In this document: piece after piece, positions 10,834 through 24,269 of the stretch
Layout of the letters: every line of letters starts with the position of its first letter
How positions within the stretch are numbered: position 1 is the stretch's first letter
Program-made: the position numbers and the translations under genes
Notes under the pieces: model-generated
Databases searched by the model: none
What the model saw: the letters and a program-made list of their open reading frames with translations, nothing else
What the model was told of the DNA's origin: nothing
Source: Sphyrna mokarran
Taxonomy: Eukaryota
Direction of reading: 5' to 3'
NCBI GenBank assembly: GCA_024679065.1
Contig: JAGIQG010000271.1
Coordinates: forward strand, 1 to 44,489
DNA: 44,489 nucleotides

Positions 10834-10915
10834 TGACGTGGCCTGCGTCCCATTCAGTTGGGCCTTTACAGATTCGATGAAAACTATGACGACCTCCGTT
10901 GTGGAGATTACGTCA
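10834..10915 (-). promoter_or_regulatory. CRE/ATF-like motifs upstream of the leader ATG
   Basis: TGACGTAA (10908-10915, minus strand) and TGACGTGG (10834-10841), 65-145 nt upstream of the ATG. Confidence 0.3.
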
Positions 10916-11099
10916 CCATTGTAGGACATTGTTGGGTGAACACAATATTCGTTTGACATTCCTCAGTTTGTGAGCCATAACACCCAACTGGTAGAGTACA
11001 AATTAACTATTCTCCATTGTAGTTCTGAGTGTTCTATTGAATAGATGCAGGCTGAAAGTTCGGGTGAACTTTTTTTTAGTTTAAATATCTACGGTTTCA

Positions 11100-11475
11100 A
11101 ACATTTGTGGGACATGGGCGTGCTGGTTGGCCGACATTTACTGTCGATGAATTGTTGCACGTGGACGGCATTTCAGACTCATTGAGACTTCAGCACTACA
11201 TTACTGTGGCTGTAAAGTCGCAGGTAGGCCAGGTCGGATAAGGACGGCAGATTTATTTCGGAAAGGATTTGAGCGAACCAGTTCCGTTCATTTCTGAGAG
11301 TGAACAATGGTTTCATGTTCATTAGTAGATCCTTAATTCCAGATTTTCTGGATTTTCATGTTGAACCCAAATTTAATTAGCACCAGTGTCAGGATTCTAA
11401 CCGTGTCCCCAGAGCATTAACTGTGTTTCTCGATTAATAGTCTAGCGATAATACCAGGAGGCCATCGCCTCCCCA
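11100..11475 (-). mobile_element. Second tRNA-SINE family copy
   Basis: Reverse complement of the 24899-25250 head (aggccatcgcctccc) and body. Confidence 0.7.
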
Positions 11476-11572
11476 TAAACCGGAAACTGTCACTGAGTAC
11501 GTGCTAATGGTCGAATTTTCTGGACATCTATTCTGTTACCCCTCGGCATTACGTTCTTAAATTAAAAAAAAA

Positions 11573-12483
11573 ATAGAACATAGAACATAGAACAATACAG
11601 CACAGAACAGGCCCTTCGGCCTTCGATGTTGTGCCGACCAAAATAAAAAGCAATGCCCCTCCTAACTAACCATTCCCTTCTCTTCCATATACTTATCAAT
11701 TAACCTCTTAAACGCCACCAAACTTGGGCATCTACAACAGCTGCAGGCAGGGCATTCCACTCCCTAATCTCTCTTTGAGTAAAGAACCTACCTCTGATAT
11801 CCGTCCTATAACTCATACCCCTTAATTTAAAGTTGTGTCCCATCGTGCTAGCTTTCTCCATCCTAGGAAAAAGTCTATCACTGTCCACCCTATCTAAACC
11901 TCTAATTATCTTATATGCTTCAATAAGATCCCCCTTAGCCGCCTCCTTTCTAACGAAAACAACCTCAAATCCTTCAACCTCTCTTCATAGGACCTGCCCT
12001 CCATACCAGGCAACATCCTGGTAAACCTCCTCTGTACCCTCTCCAATGCCTCCACATCTTTCTTTAATGTGGGGACCAGAACTGCACACAATACTCCAAG
12101 TGCGGCCGCACTAGAGTTTTGTACAGTTGCAACATGATGTTGCGGCTCCTAAATTCAATCCCCCTAACAATAAAAGCTAAGACTCCATATGCCTTCTTAA
12201 CAACTTTATCGACTTGACTGCCTACTTTCAGGGATCTATTGACATATACACCAAGATCCTTCTGTTCATCAACACTATTAAGAGTCCTACCATTAGCCCT
12301 ATACTTTACACATTTATTGTTCCTGCCAAAGTGCATTACCTCACACTTTTCACATTAAACTCCATTTGCCACCTCTCGGCCCAGCTCTGCAACTTGTCCA
12401 AGTCACTCTGTAAACTAAAACACCCCTCTTCACTATCTACCACACCACCAACTTTAGTATCATCTGCAAATTTACTGATCCCA
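11573..12483 (-). mobile_element. 5'-truncated CR1-A copy
   Basis: ORFs 12064..12336, 11906..12091 and 11700..11888; TAGAACA tail. Confidence 0.93.
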
Positions 12484-12719
12484 TTCTGCTTTACCTTTCA
12501 TGTTACTAATGGTAGTTCCATTCTGCAATTCTTCTGAGACACTGCGCTAATTCCAGTGTCAGAATTTCCTCTTTGTACGATGGAGGGGCACAAATGGAGA
12601 CAGTTCGTCCAAATTGGAAGTAAAGTCTTCTGTACAAAAGTCAACTTATGGGTGTTATAGATGTATGCCCTTGCCGTTGGGTTTTGCATTTTCCTAGTGA
12701 ATTGCACAAGCAACTTCAT

Positions 12720-13010
12720 CAAAAGGAGTCGAGAAACAAAAAATGAGGAGCGTAGCTCGAAGTTGAGAGGGCAACGTATAGAAGGGTATCGGGGTAAACT
12801 GTTTCATACAGAGCGTGGTGCGCATATGGAATGAGATTTCAGAGGGTGTGTTAGTGACAGGTGTAATTGCAACATTAAAAAAAAACATTTGTACAAGTAC
12901 ATGGATGGATAAGTTCGAAAGGATATGGTCAAGCTCAGGAAAGTGAGATTAGTTCAGTTTAGGAAACCTGATCAACAAGGACGAGTTCGGCAGAAGAATC
13001 TGCTCCATGC
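12720..13010 (+). pseudogene. Decayed CR1 3' end
   Basis: cagagcgtggtgcgcatatggaatgag (QSVVRIWNE) followed by a degenerate 3' UTR. Confidence 0.55.
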
Positions 13011-13088
13011 TGCATTTCTCTCTCTCTAATCATACACAAGCTTATTTTCTGTTTACTCCTAGCCACCCCCGGCGGGTAACATTCATAA

Positions 13089-14605
13089 ATCTGCAGTTTA
13101 ACACTTAGTTCCAGTGTTTGACCACCTTATGCGGTTCTGTACATGAAGCGCCTCAACTGTAAAAAAAACAGGAAAGGCATTGACAACTTCTGGCAAGAAC
13201 ATCATTTTTTTTTCCATCTCAAGCATCAGATGATGAAGTGATCAGAATCTTGGCCAACCGTCTCCAGTTCATGTTGCAGAGCCCCAATTGGGCTGTGGGT
13301 AAGAGTATTTTGAGACTCACAGCGAACAGCCGCAGTCACAGGAAATGTGCCTCGTTGCTACCGGAGCTGGTTCTCAGCTACTGCCTCTGCTGACTCCCTT
13401 CATCATTATTCAAGATCAAACATTTCTGTAAATAGTTCAGACCCTCAGTAAGGCCCAACATTGTCTGCTCATTTCAGAACCCATTATAACAGTAATCCTT
13501 TACACGAGGTCTTCACATTCCTATTAGGACAACTCATTAATGTAAGGGACCAATCCCTTCACCAGCAGCTCACTGGGGTCACACTGTGTAATATCTACAA
13601 AAGTGCACTGTAACAATTCAGCAAAATTGCTATCTGTTGGAAATTGGTGGGAGGAGCACAGGGCACATGGGAATTCGACAATCTCGGCCCTCCCGGCTGT
13701 ATCCTGCATTGACTGTATTATTCTGGTTTCCATTGCTGTCTCATAGTTTCAAGGACGCTGGTTCAATTCCCGATTTGGGTCGTTGTCTGTATGGAGTCTG
13801 CACCTTCCTCCCGCATCTGCACCGTTTTTTAGGTGTCAATACTCCAGGATAAGAGAGTCTAAAACTAAGGACCATAGCTTGAATTTGAGCGGCGAATTGT
13901 TAAAAGGATTTTGAGGAGAGACCTTTTGCAGATATCTAGAATGAACTTCCAGAGGAGGTGGCAGATGCGTACAATTACAATATTTAAAAGACACTTGAAC
14001 AGGTATACGGGTGGAAAAGGCAAATAGGATTACTTCCGATTTGGAAACTTAGTTGGCATGGAGGAATTGATGGAGTTTCCGCAGGATTTCTCTCTGTCAA
14101 ATTGTATACGAGCCTGTTGTCTGTTTGATCTAATATACCATAGTGCGGACGCACTCGACAATCTGCATTCTAACACTTAGTCCCAGCGTTTGACTACTGC
14201 AGGCTGTTCTGAGCCTAAAGCACGACAATTATTGAAACAGGAAATGCACTGATAGCTACAGCTCGAACATCATTTTCCATCTCTAGCATCAGGTGGTGAA
14301 GTGGTCAGAATCTTGGTCAGCGTTCTCCTCCCCTCAGTGCGTTTTGCACAGCACCCAATGGGCTGTTAATAAGAGTGTTCTGACACTCACAGCAAACAGA
14401 TGCGATCATAGGCAATGAGCCTCTTTGCTGCCGAGCCCCGCTCTCTGCGGCTGCCTATACCGCCTCAAGCATGTCTGCAGTTCAGACCCTCAGTGAGGCT
14501 CAACATTCACTGCTCATTTCAGAACCATTTTGTCAGTATTTTTTTCTACCAGGCTCTTCACACTCAGATTAATGTAGCTCATTAATGTTGGGAATAGTCC
14601 CTTCA
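13089..14605. repeat. Diverged direct duplication (about 13089-13561 vs about 14161-14605)
   Basis: Shared blocks taacacttagt.ccag.gtttgac, tcagaatcttgg, actcacagc.aacag, gttcagaccctcagt, tgctcatttcagaacc. Confidence 0.85.
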
Positions 14606-14642
14606 TGATGTAGAGATGCCAGCGTTGGACAGGGGTAAACAC

Positions 14643-15405
14643 AAATAACAAAGAATAAAGAATAAAACAGCAAGGGAAACAGGCCCTTCGGCCCAACGAG
14701 CCCGTGCTACCCCGATGTTCCCACCTACACCCGCAATCCCTGTCCATGTTTATAGGTCTATGGATTAAAAACCAAATTTGAGACAATTTAGGGAGAATTT
14801 GTTTGCCAATTAGCCTAAAAGCACATCTTTGGGATGTGGGAGGAAACCGGAGCACCCGGAGAAAACCCACTCAAGCACGGGGAGAATGCACAAACTCCCA
14901 CAGACACAGGCCCAAATCCATGTATCTGCACAGCATAGCAATAGTCACTGAGCTGCCGTGTTGCCCATCAAATGGTCCAGGTCAAGCGTAAACTAACGAC
15001 CTGAAGCATTAGGATACTCTCGAAAAGAAATCCAAGTGCCACACTCTCACGACCCATCGCATGTATGCCCCTCATTAGACAACAAGGTGGACCAAAGCAC
15101 CTGTAGGATAAAAACAAGTACATCAATACCATTATCTATTTACACACTTCCCAGGGACTCCCAAGGCTCACGATCCCTATTTTAAATCAGTTTTCTATAT
15201 CCCTCCATTCCCATTCTGTTCATGTGCCTATCTAAGTATTTCTTAAATAACTCCAGAGCACCTGTCTCCACCACTTGGCAGCGCATTCCATACCCCCACC
15301 ATCCTCTGTGTGAAAAAACTCCTTCTAGCATCCAAATTATACCTTACCCCCCTCACCCTAAGCCCGTGACCCCATGTGCTATTCGAGTCCATTCTAGGAA
15401 AAAGC
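14643..15405 (-). mobile_element. CR1 subfamily B 3' end with long 3' UTR
   Basis: ORF2 end (GHGLRVRGVRYNLDARRSFFTQR) + about 500-nt 3' UTR + TTCTTT(G/A) tail; homologous to 25566-26390 and 41151-41964. Confidence 0.88.
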
Positions 15406-17016
15406 TTAACCCTGTTAAAGATCGAGTATGCGAATATTAAGAAAGAGGAGGTATTGGAACTGTTAAATTCCATCAAGGTAGATAAGTCGCCAGATCCAGA
15501 TGGGATGTACCCCAGGTTACTGTGGGAGGTGAGGGAAGTGATCGCTGAGCCTCTGGCCATGATCTTCGCGTCGTCGATAGAGACAGGAGAGGTTCTGGAA
15601 GATTGAGGATTGCGATGTGGTGCCTATTTTCAAGACGGGGAATAGGGATAGCCAGGGCAATTACCGACCAGTGAGTCTGACCTCAGTGGTCGGTAAGTTG
15701 ATGGAGGGGATTCTGAGAGATAGGATTTATGATCATTTAGAGAAATTCAATTTGATCAGGAATAGTCAACACGGTTTTGGTATGGCAGATCGTACCTTAT
15801 GAGCCGAGTTGAATTCTTCGAAAATGTGACTGAACACATTGACAAAGGAAGAGCAGTGGACGTGGTTTACATGGATTTCAGCAAGGTGTTTCACAAGGTC
15901 CCCCATGCAAGACTTCTTCAGAAGGTGAGAAGGCATAGGATCCAAAGGGATTTGGCCTTGTGGATCCAGAACTGGCTTGCCTGCAGAAGGCAGAGAGTAG
16001 TTGTGGATGGGTCATCTTCTGCATGGAAGTCAGTCACCAGTGGAGTGTCCCAGGGATATGTTCTAGGACCCTTGCTGTTTGTCATTTTCATAAATGACGT
16101 AGATGAGGAAGTGGAGAGATGGATTAGTAAGTTTGCCGATGATACGAATGTTGGTGGTGTTGTGGATAGTCTGGAGGGATGTCAGAAGTTGCAGTGAGAC
16201 ACAGACAGGATGCAAGACTGGGTGGAGAAGTGGCAGATGGACTTCAACGCGGATACATGTGTGGTGGTCCGTTTTGGTAGGACCAATGGAATGAAGGAGT
16301 ATAATATCAGGGGTAGGAGTCTTTGCAGCGTTGAAGAGCAGAAGGATCTTGGGGTCCGGGTCCATAGGGCTCTTAAATCTCCCCTGCAAGTGGAGGATGT
16401 GGTCAAGAAGGCATATGGTGTACTAGTCTTCATTAATAGAGGAATTGAGTTTAGGAGTCGGGAGGTAATGCTGCAACTTTGGAGTATTGTGTTCAGTTCT
16501 GGTCGCCTCAGTATAGGAAGGATTTTGGAAGGTTTTGAGAGGGTGCAGATGAGATTTACAAGAATGTTGCCTGGATTGGGGGCATGACTTATGAAGATAG
16601 GTTGAGAGAGCTAGGTCTCTTCTCTCTGGGGAGACGAAGTTTGAGATGCGACCTGATAGAGGTTTATAAGATGTTGAGAGGAATAGTAGGGCGGATTCTC
16701 AGAGGCTATTTCCCAGGGCTGAAATGGTCGCTTCGAGAGGACACAGGTTCAAAGTGCTGGGGGGCAAGTACAGAGGAGATGTTAGAGGTAAGTTTTTCAC
16801 TCAGAGGGTAGTGAGTGAATGGAATCGGTTGCCATCAGTGGTGCTAGAGGCGAACCCGCTGGGGTCTTTTAAGAGACTTCTGGACGAGTACATGGGATGT
16901 AATGGGATTGGGAGTTACAGATAATTCTATGGCCTGGTAGGTATAGATATGATCGACACAACTTGTGGGCCGAAGGGCCTGTTTGTGCTGTAGTGTTCCA
17001 TGTGCTATGTTCTATA
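15405..17016 (+). mobile_element. 5'-truncated, decayed CR1 copy, subfamily C-like
   Basis: Series of RT ORF fragments 15376..16924 (DKSPDPDG, NYRPVSLTS, FADD); 3' stem-loop and tail. Confidence 0.92.
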
Positions 17017-17949
17017 TGTAAGTAAAAAGAAAATATTTCACATGTGATTGACATGCTCATTTGAGCAGACGGCTGTATTTCTAAACAATTACATTCAAGA
17101 GTGTAATGTTTCCATTCACAGCCAATATAACTATAAGTAGTTGTGGCAATAAAAAGAATGTGATTGCGATCATGTTATTTAGTAGCTTTTTCAAGCAGCT
17201 CCTAGTATTGTGTTGGCCATGCTTTGGTCACAGAGACCATCGTCCTCCAATTGCAACTGAAGCAATATAATTGCCATCTGGTTCATTTTTAACCTGGACT
17301 AATGCAGAATCCTCCGGTGATATGATCCTTTTGAAAGGACGGGGTGGAGTGTGATTCTTAAGTCAGCTGGTGCCTGGGGACTTTTTTTTTCTTTCGCAGA
17401 GAAGTGCAAGTTTTTACTTTTTTTGTTCAGCAGTATCCTGAGGTGGGAAGCAGTTGCCCTTGCTCTGGAGTTTCAAGTTATGCTGTCTGTGAATTACTGT
17501 TAGCAGCTGATGGAGGCTGGCATGTCCCGGTCCATTTCTCTCTCCAGAGGTGTTTTGGAAATTTCTGGGACTCGGAAGCCTCAGTGATTTAATCCAAAAT
17601 TCAAAGGATCAGTTCACGATAGGAGTTAAACAGCTGAAAACTCAGCACCACGTGAATATGTTTACGGTTGTTCTAAGGCTAGAAAGGGATATGTTGTTTG
17701 AATTGGAACTTCATAGACAGCTGGCTGGTAAAGTCTATTCTATATCATATTCGAATCGTGTAATTGGGAAACGTTATGCAAATTATTTCGATTTAAATTC
17801 AGCCATATTCTAAAATAAACTTTGTTTGATACAAGCTTTCATGTTGGTTCTTTGAATCATACACAGAGTGAAACACCTTATGCTCAACTGTGCCATAGGA
17901 TTTAGTGTACTGAATTGTCATCGCTGTTCGCCACATGTTCCTCCACTGA

Positions 17950-19440
17950 AAGTTTGATGACCTGACCGGCCTCATTAACCATTTATCAGTCCAGTAAATC
18001 ATCCTCTCTAGTAGAGCTATCAACGTGTTGTTCCAAAGAAACTTCCTGGGCACATTTCACAAATTCTTTCTCGTCCAGACCTCCAGTCCTAACGGAATTC
18101 AGTCTGTATGAGGGAAATTAAAGTCTTCCACTGCAACCGCCCTATTTTTTCTACACCTATCCAGAATTTTCTTACGTATCCGTTCCACAACTTTCCGTGG
18201 GCTGTCGGGAGACCTTGTAGTATAACCCCAGAAAAGTGACTGCGTCGTCCCTGGTTCTGAGCTCTACCCAAAGTGTTTCATTACATGATCCTACCAAATT
18301 GTCCACCCTCTGTACCGCTGCAATATACTCCCTAACCAGTATTACTATTCTCCCACCTCTACTATCTCTTCTTCTATCACGCCTAAAGCACTTGTACACG
18401 GAATATTCGGCTGTCAGTCCTGTCCTTCTTTCAAGTTCCTCTCACTGCAACCACATTGAAGTTTACCACCTGTCTTAAAGCTCCAAGTTCATCTGCCTTG
18501 CGCATTCGCTCCTTAATTTAAGCAGATGCACTACAGAACTCCAGGCTGACTGAGTTTATCCTTCCCGAGATTGCTGTTCCTCTTGGGTAGCCTTGACTTG
18601 GCCCCGTGCTCGCCCCCCCCCCCCCCCCCCCCACCCCCGAGTCTCTTCTCTTGCTGACCTGTTCTGATTCCCACCCCATTGCCACATTAGTTTAAATTTA
18701 CTCGAAACACAATAGTAAACCTCCCAGCCAGGATATCGATGCCTCTCCAGTTCAGGTGTAATCCTTCCTTCTTGTACAGGTCCCATCTTCTCTGAAAGAC
18801 ATTCCAGTTATCCACAAATCTGAAACCCTCCTTCCTGCAGCAGTTCTTTATCCATGTGTTCAGCGGCACTATCTCCCTATTCTCAGCCTCACTAGTATTT
18901 GGCACGGGGAACAATCCAGAGATTTCTACACGTGAAGTCTTGTTTTTTAGCCTTTTACCTAAAGCCCTAAATTGTCCTTGCTGGATTTCCCTATTTTCTG
19001 TCTATGTCATTTGTAGCAAGGTAGACAATGACAATGACCCCTTTTAGGGTGCTCTCTACTCGTTCAGAGACAACCAGGATCGTAGCACCAAGGAAACAGT
19101 CGACCATCCTGGAGTCTCGTTCACGCTCACAGAACCACATGTCTCTGCCTCTAACGACTGAGTCCCCCACTACTATGACTCTCATATTCTCCCCCTATTC
19201 CTTCTGACCCATAGAGTCCAACTCGGCACCAGAGACCTGGTCACTAAGACATACCCCTGGAAGGTCATCCTCCCCTGCAGTATCCAAAAAGGTATACTTA
19301 TTTTGGAGAGAATAATCACAAGGGATTCCTGCACTGATTGCCTCCTCTCCTCCGTTCTCCTGACTGTCACACAGCTAGCTTCATTTTTAGGTGTTACCGC
19401 TTCTCAATAACTACTATCCATCACCCGCTCTTCCTCCTGG
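17950..19440 (-). pseudogene. Decayed CR1 5' half (ORF1 esterase + APE fragments), older family
   Basis: ORF fragments VVGDSVVRG, ATNDI, GLHLNWRG..LN* and YKCFRRDR..GG, LWVELR. Confidence 0.85.
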
Positions 19441-19624
19441 ATGCTCTGTGAGCTGATAGTTGTTTAAGATTCGGCTACTCGAGTCTGATGAAACATGAAT
19501 GAAACTCATCGGCAATCGTTCACTTCTCTTCGTAACACCTTCACTTCCTTCCTCCAAGTTATACTATACTTTGAAAAGATGTCCTCCCTCGTGGACAATC
19601 CAGAACGAGAGGCCATATATATAT

Positions 19625-20430
19625 ATAGAACAATACAGCACAAACAGGCCCTTCGGCCCAGGTGTTGCGCCGATCGCATCTACCAATCCACAGACCTATC
19701 TATAATCCCCTATCCTATTCGTTTCCATATACTTATCCAGATGTCTTTTAAAAGGCCCCAGTGAGTTTACCTCAACGTCTCCGACGGCATTCGGTTCCAT
19801 TCACTCACCACCCTCTGAGTGAAAAACCTACCCCTGACATCTCCTTTGTATTTGCTTCCCTGCACCTTAAATCTGTGTCCTCTCGTAGTGACCATTTCAG
19901 CTCGGGGAAATAGTCTCTGACAGTCCACCCTACCTATTCCTCTCAACATTTTATAAACCTCTATCAGGTCGCCTCTCAACCTACGTCTCTCCATTGAGAA
20001 GAGTCCCAGCTCCCTCAACGTATCTTCAAAAGGCCTGCCGCCCAATCCAGGCAGCATCCTTGTAAATCTCCTCTGCACTCTCTACATCCTTCCTATAGTG
20101 AGGCGACCAGAACTGCTCACAATACTCCAAGTGGGGTCTGACACGAGTCTTATAGAGCTGCATCATTACCTCCTGACTCCTAAACTCTATTCTTCGATTA
20201 ATGAAGGCCAGTACACCGTACGCCTTCTTGACCACTTCCTCCACGTGCGAGGCCGATTTAAGAGTCCTATGGACCTGGACCTCGAGATCGTTCTGCTCTA
20301 CAACACAGCTAAGACTCCTACCCCTTAGATTGTACTCCTTCATCCCACTATTCCTGCCAAAATGGACCACTAGTCATTTATCCGTTTTGAAGTTCATCTG
20401 CCACTTCTCCGCCCAGTCTTGCATCCTATC
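19625..20430 (-). mobile_element. 5'-truncated CR1 copy, subfamily C
   Basis: ORFs 20026..20370 and 19767..20078; near-identical to 8088-8890. Confidence 0.92.
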
Positions 20431-20899
20431 TATATATATAGTGGAGTGATAAGTTCAAAACAGCGAGAAAAAGAAACTGCTTCTCTCAGAGGATTGTGAA
20501 TCAGTGGAACCCACTGTCCCGAAGTGCAGTGGAGATAGAATCAGTGAATTCAGTTACACAACATAAATTGACGGTTATTTTTCATTCGATCATTGAATCA
20601 TTGATAGGTCATGAACAAACCTAATCGTCAATTTTCGAATCAAGTTCAGTTCCCATTGGGATCTTACATATCCTGTTTATTTTTGTCTATCAATCCATTT
20701 GATTGATTGAGCATCTACAGTGTCTCTGGGATATAGATAGCAAATAGAATAAAAAATACAGTGATTTAAATTGAGTAAAATTGAGACATCTGCAGTAGCT
20801 ACTGATTAACAGGGACACACATAGAAAAGGGATCCCTTGTAATTTGATAAATTGGTCCACTTTAACAAATGTCACACCTCACTATTCCATAAATTGGGA

Positions 20900-21560
20900 A
20901 ACGGTCACTAGCAATACCTCGCCCTCTGTAATGGAAAATGAATCTTGACATTTATTGCAAAAGGTCTAGATTGTGATACATAGAAGTGTTTTTTTTTAGA
21001 ATTGAATAAGGCGTTGGAAGTCCTCGCATGGAGCATTCTGTCCAATTTTGTCCTCCCAGCTTGACGAAGGATGTGGTGACGCCGGAGGAAGTTCACAGGA
21101 AGTCCACAAGATTGATTTCGGGGACGAAGTGTCCATCATACGAGAGACAGTTGCGTTGCTTGGGCTTATGGATTTAGAAGAATCGGGGCGGGGTGGGGGG
21201 CGTGGGTGATCAGATCGGGTATATAACATGCTGAAGGAATTGATATGGTGAACGTTCAACAGATGACCCCCAAATGGGACAGTCTAGGACAAAAGCTCAG
21301 AGATATAGCGAGAGAGGGGATAGATTCGAAACTACGATGAGGAGAAACTATTTCTCTCAAAGGGTTGTGTATCTGTGCTCCAGCTGGCAGTGAAGGCAGA
21401 ATCAGTCAACAAGATCAAGAAAGAAATTAATACTTGGCTAATGAAAAGCCGGATAAAGAACTATGGGTAACAGACAGGTCAGTGGAGTTGAGGTCAGAAA
21501 AAACACAGCCATGGTCATGTAGAATTCGGAGCGTCCTCGAAGGTCTGAATTGTGTACTCC
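20900..21560 (+). pseudogene. Decayed CR1 ORF2 C-terminus and 3' UTR
   Basis: Degenerate HxEHSVQFCPP...RRNYFSQRVV-type homology. Confidence 0.6.
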
Positions 21561-21837
21561 CCGTCAAACTATTATGTTGCTTTCTAATAGACACTTCCAT
21601 TCATAAGACTTCCACGGGAGTTAATTTCAACAGTGGAAGTATAGAGAGTGTCATTGAACCAAACTTCCATAGAGAGGCCGATGTCGAAGTTTCTGCCTGA
21701 CTCGCTGGACCTGAAATCGATCCGCTAATAGATATCCCAGGGTATATTCGAGGTGACGGGAATGCAATCAATTGAAAAAAAAAGTCTGATCAAATATATC
21801 AAAAATAGAGCCCCTGCAGTCCAGTAAGGAGCAATAC

Positions 21838-21930
21838 GATGGTGGTGGTGAGTGAGTGGGGGTGGAGGGTGGGTGGGTGGGGGGGAGGGCGGGGTGGCAG
21901 AAGTGGCCGGGAGGGAGGGGGGAGGGCAGT
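21838..21930 (+). repeat. G-rich low-complexity tract (G-quadruplex-prone)
   Basis: Many G3-G7 runs with short loops. Confidence 0.7.
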
Positions 21931-23199
21931 GGAGCAGGCTAAACCCCGAGAATCAAACCGAAGCTCCAGTATTAGTCAAAACAACGAAAACACGTTTTGA
22001 TTGATGTAGAATAGAATAATAATGTTTTTTTTTCAGTATTTTCACAGTTATGGATGCATTTCCGAATAGTAGGCAATTGTTTTGCCTTCAGCGAAACCTC
22101 TTCGAATAGTTTCTCGCTTAGAGTAAGCACGGATGTACAGTAGACAATAAAGAACGGAAATGATACCTTGGCCTTCAGAGCGAGAGGGTTTGAGTATCGA
22201 AATAGGGATGCTTTGGTGTAATGTTATCGGTCTTGGTGAGATCACGCCTGGAGTATTCTTGTAAAGAATGATTTGTCGCCATGAATCAATGACAGACACC
22301 CCTCCCAGAATGAAGACGTGGCCAACGTTTGACAAAGAAAGCGAAAGGGGGAGAAGGAAAGGCAGCAGACAATATTTCACTGCAGGAGGACTGGGTAATA
22401 GGGAAATACAAGGGTAGAGTTTGAGCGGCACGGTGGGGCCAGGACGAGAAATTGCAACAACCACAGTGAGTTTAACATACTGAAACATGTTAAATAAAGA
22501 CTTCATTCGATCTCCATTAGGCGTTTAGATCCTGACTGTACATTAATTCCACATTGCCTTGGTTCCTCGCAGAATCGGTCTGTCTCTTCAATGATCATCC
22601 AGAGCTCTTATTGCAGAATATCTCAAAAGCTCACAAATCTATCAATGAAGGATTACCCGCTCATCTCAGTATGTACTCTGAGACTATGAACGCGATGTTC
22701 TGGACTCACCAGCAAGGCACAAACAAGTTCTCAATCCTAATACTGAAATCGTAGCCCGAATCTTCTCATTTACACACATTAAGTTTCCGAACTCCAGCTA
22801 ACGTTGATCCAAACTAATGAATGTGCCCGGACAGGACAAACCTTTCCTACCAGGCATGAAGCTTCAGGATCTTACCCAAAAGGCAAATGCAGCTTTCTGC
22901 TGTAAAAAAAAAACAACTAAACGGCAATCAATATTCTTGGCACAGTCTCACTGACATGAGGCTTGCTTGCAGTAGCATTCCTTACTCATCGATCACCACA
23001 AATACTTCATCCATTGCAATAAATCTCAACCAAGGAATGTTTTTATTTCCAAATTGTTTGGGTACTTTCTGGTAAATGTATGTTCTGCACAAGAATATGA
23101 AAGCTATCTGAATCGTAAAATCATAGAACTTGTGCATATGGCTCATTGAGCCTGCAATAGCAGCAGATCCCTCCAGGCCCATTTCCCGTAAACCCAGGT

Positions 23200-23462
23200 A
23201 TTCACGGCGCTAATCTCCCTGAACATAGGGGGAAATTAGCAGGGCAATTCAATCTAACCTGCCCATCTGTGGACACTAAAGGGCAAATAGCATGGCCAAT
23301 CCGCCCAATAAGCACCCGTTTGGTTTGTGGGAGGAAACTGAAGCACCAGTGGAAACCCGCGTAGACACAGGGAGAGGTGCAAACTCCACGCAGATGGTCA
23401 CCCAAGGGTGTAACCAGACAGGGTCCTTGGCGCTGTGAGGCAGCAGTGCTGACCGTGCCGCT
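23200..23462 (-). mobile_element. HE1/V-SINE-like SINE
   Basis: gtgaggcagcagtgctgaccgtgccg head and core. Confidence 0.75.
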
Positions 23463-24269
23463 CAAACTGGAATATCAGAATGTCCTAATCCTTCAGGCTT
23501 TTAAAGAATCCTCATTTTTAGATTTTCCATTCGAGCGGGTTGTTTCACATGTTTCAATATCATACACCACCTGCCAGTAATTAGTCAATTAATTAAGGTT
23601 ACAGTTAGAACGGGAAGTGAAGCCAGGTATCCTCAAGCATGTGACAACAACTGTGGAGAGTTCATTGTGATCTGCTGCCATACCTAATATGAGCAAATAT
23701 TGCACCGAAATGAACTGAGTAGGGAGTGCAATGATAGTTTCAACAAAGGGAATCCTGTCCGATGAATGTGCTTAGGAGTTTACGAACCAGTGAGATAGTA
23801 AATTCTCTCTGAATCATAAGTGCATGATTTTCCCACAAGGTGACCAATAACTCATCCGCACTGGATGAGTTAAAACTTTCAGATTGTGATTGCCAATTGA
23901 TTGAGAGGTTGGGAGCAGAGAGTGGAGATTAAATCATTGATGGGTGGTGGTACATTTGATCAAATGTACCTCAAATCAAGTGAAGAATTGAGGTACATTT
24001 GCTCTTTGATCATATTTAATGATGCTTCTGATGAAAGAATTGAAAGCTGCATATTTGTGATTTTGTGTAATCAGTTCAAAGGGAACGTGAACACGTGGCG
24101 GGTGGGAACGGTAAGTTCCAAACAGACTCGTAAAAGTGGTGAGCAAGCTGAATTTTAATGGGGTGTAGATGGACTAGGCAAACCGACATTACAAATTTTC
24201 CTGTTCCCATGGTCCTGGAGTAGGTGGCAAAAGTTCCAATATGAAATAATTATGTTTGTCAACTTGTCA

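Noticed and set aside
13321-13410. Signal-peptide exon in the duplicated block
   Set aside because: The upstream ATGs hit stops in both copies and no hydrophobic leader is encoded
14643-17016. Twin-priming 5' inversion of one CR1
   Set aside because: The two head-to-head pieces belong to different subfamilies and each has its own 3' tail
22048-22506. 152-aa minus-strand ORF
   Set aside because: No recognisable domain; partly antisense to decayed CR1 sequence
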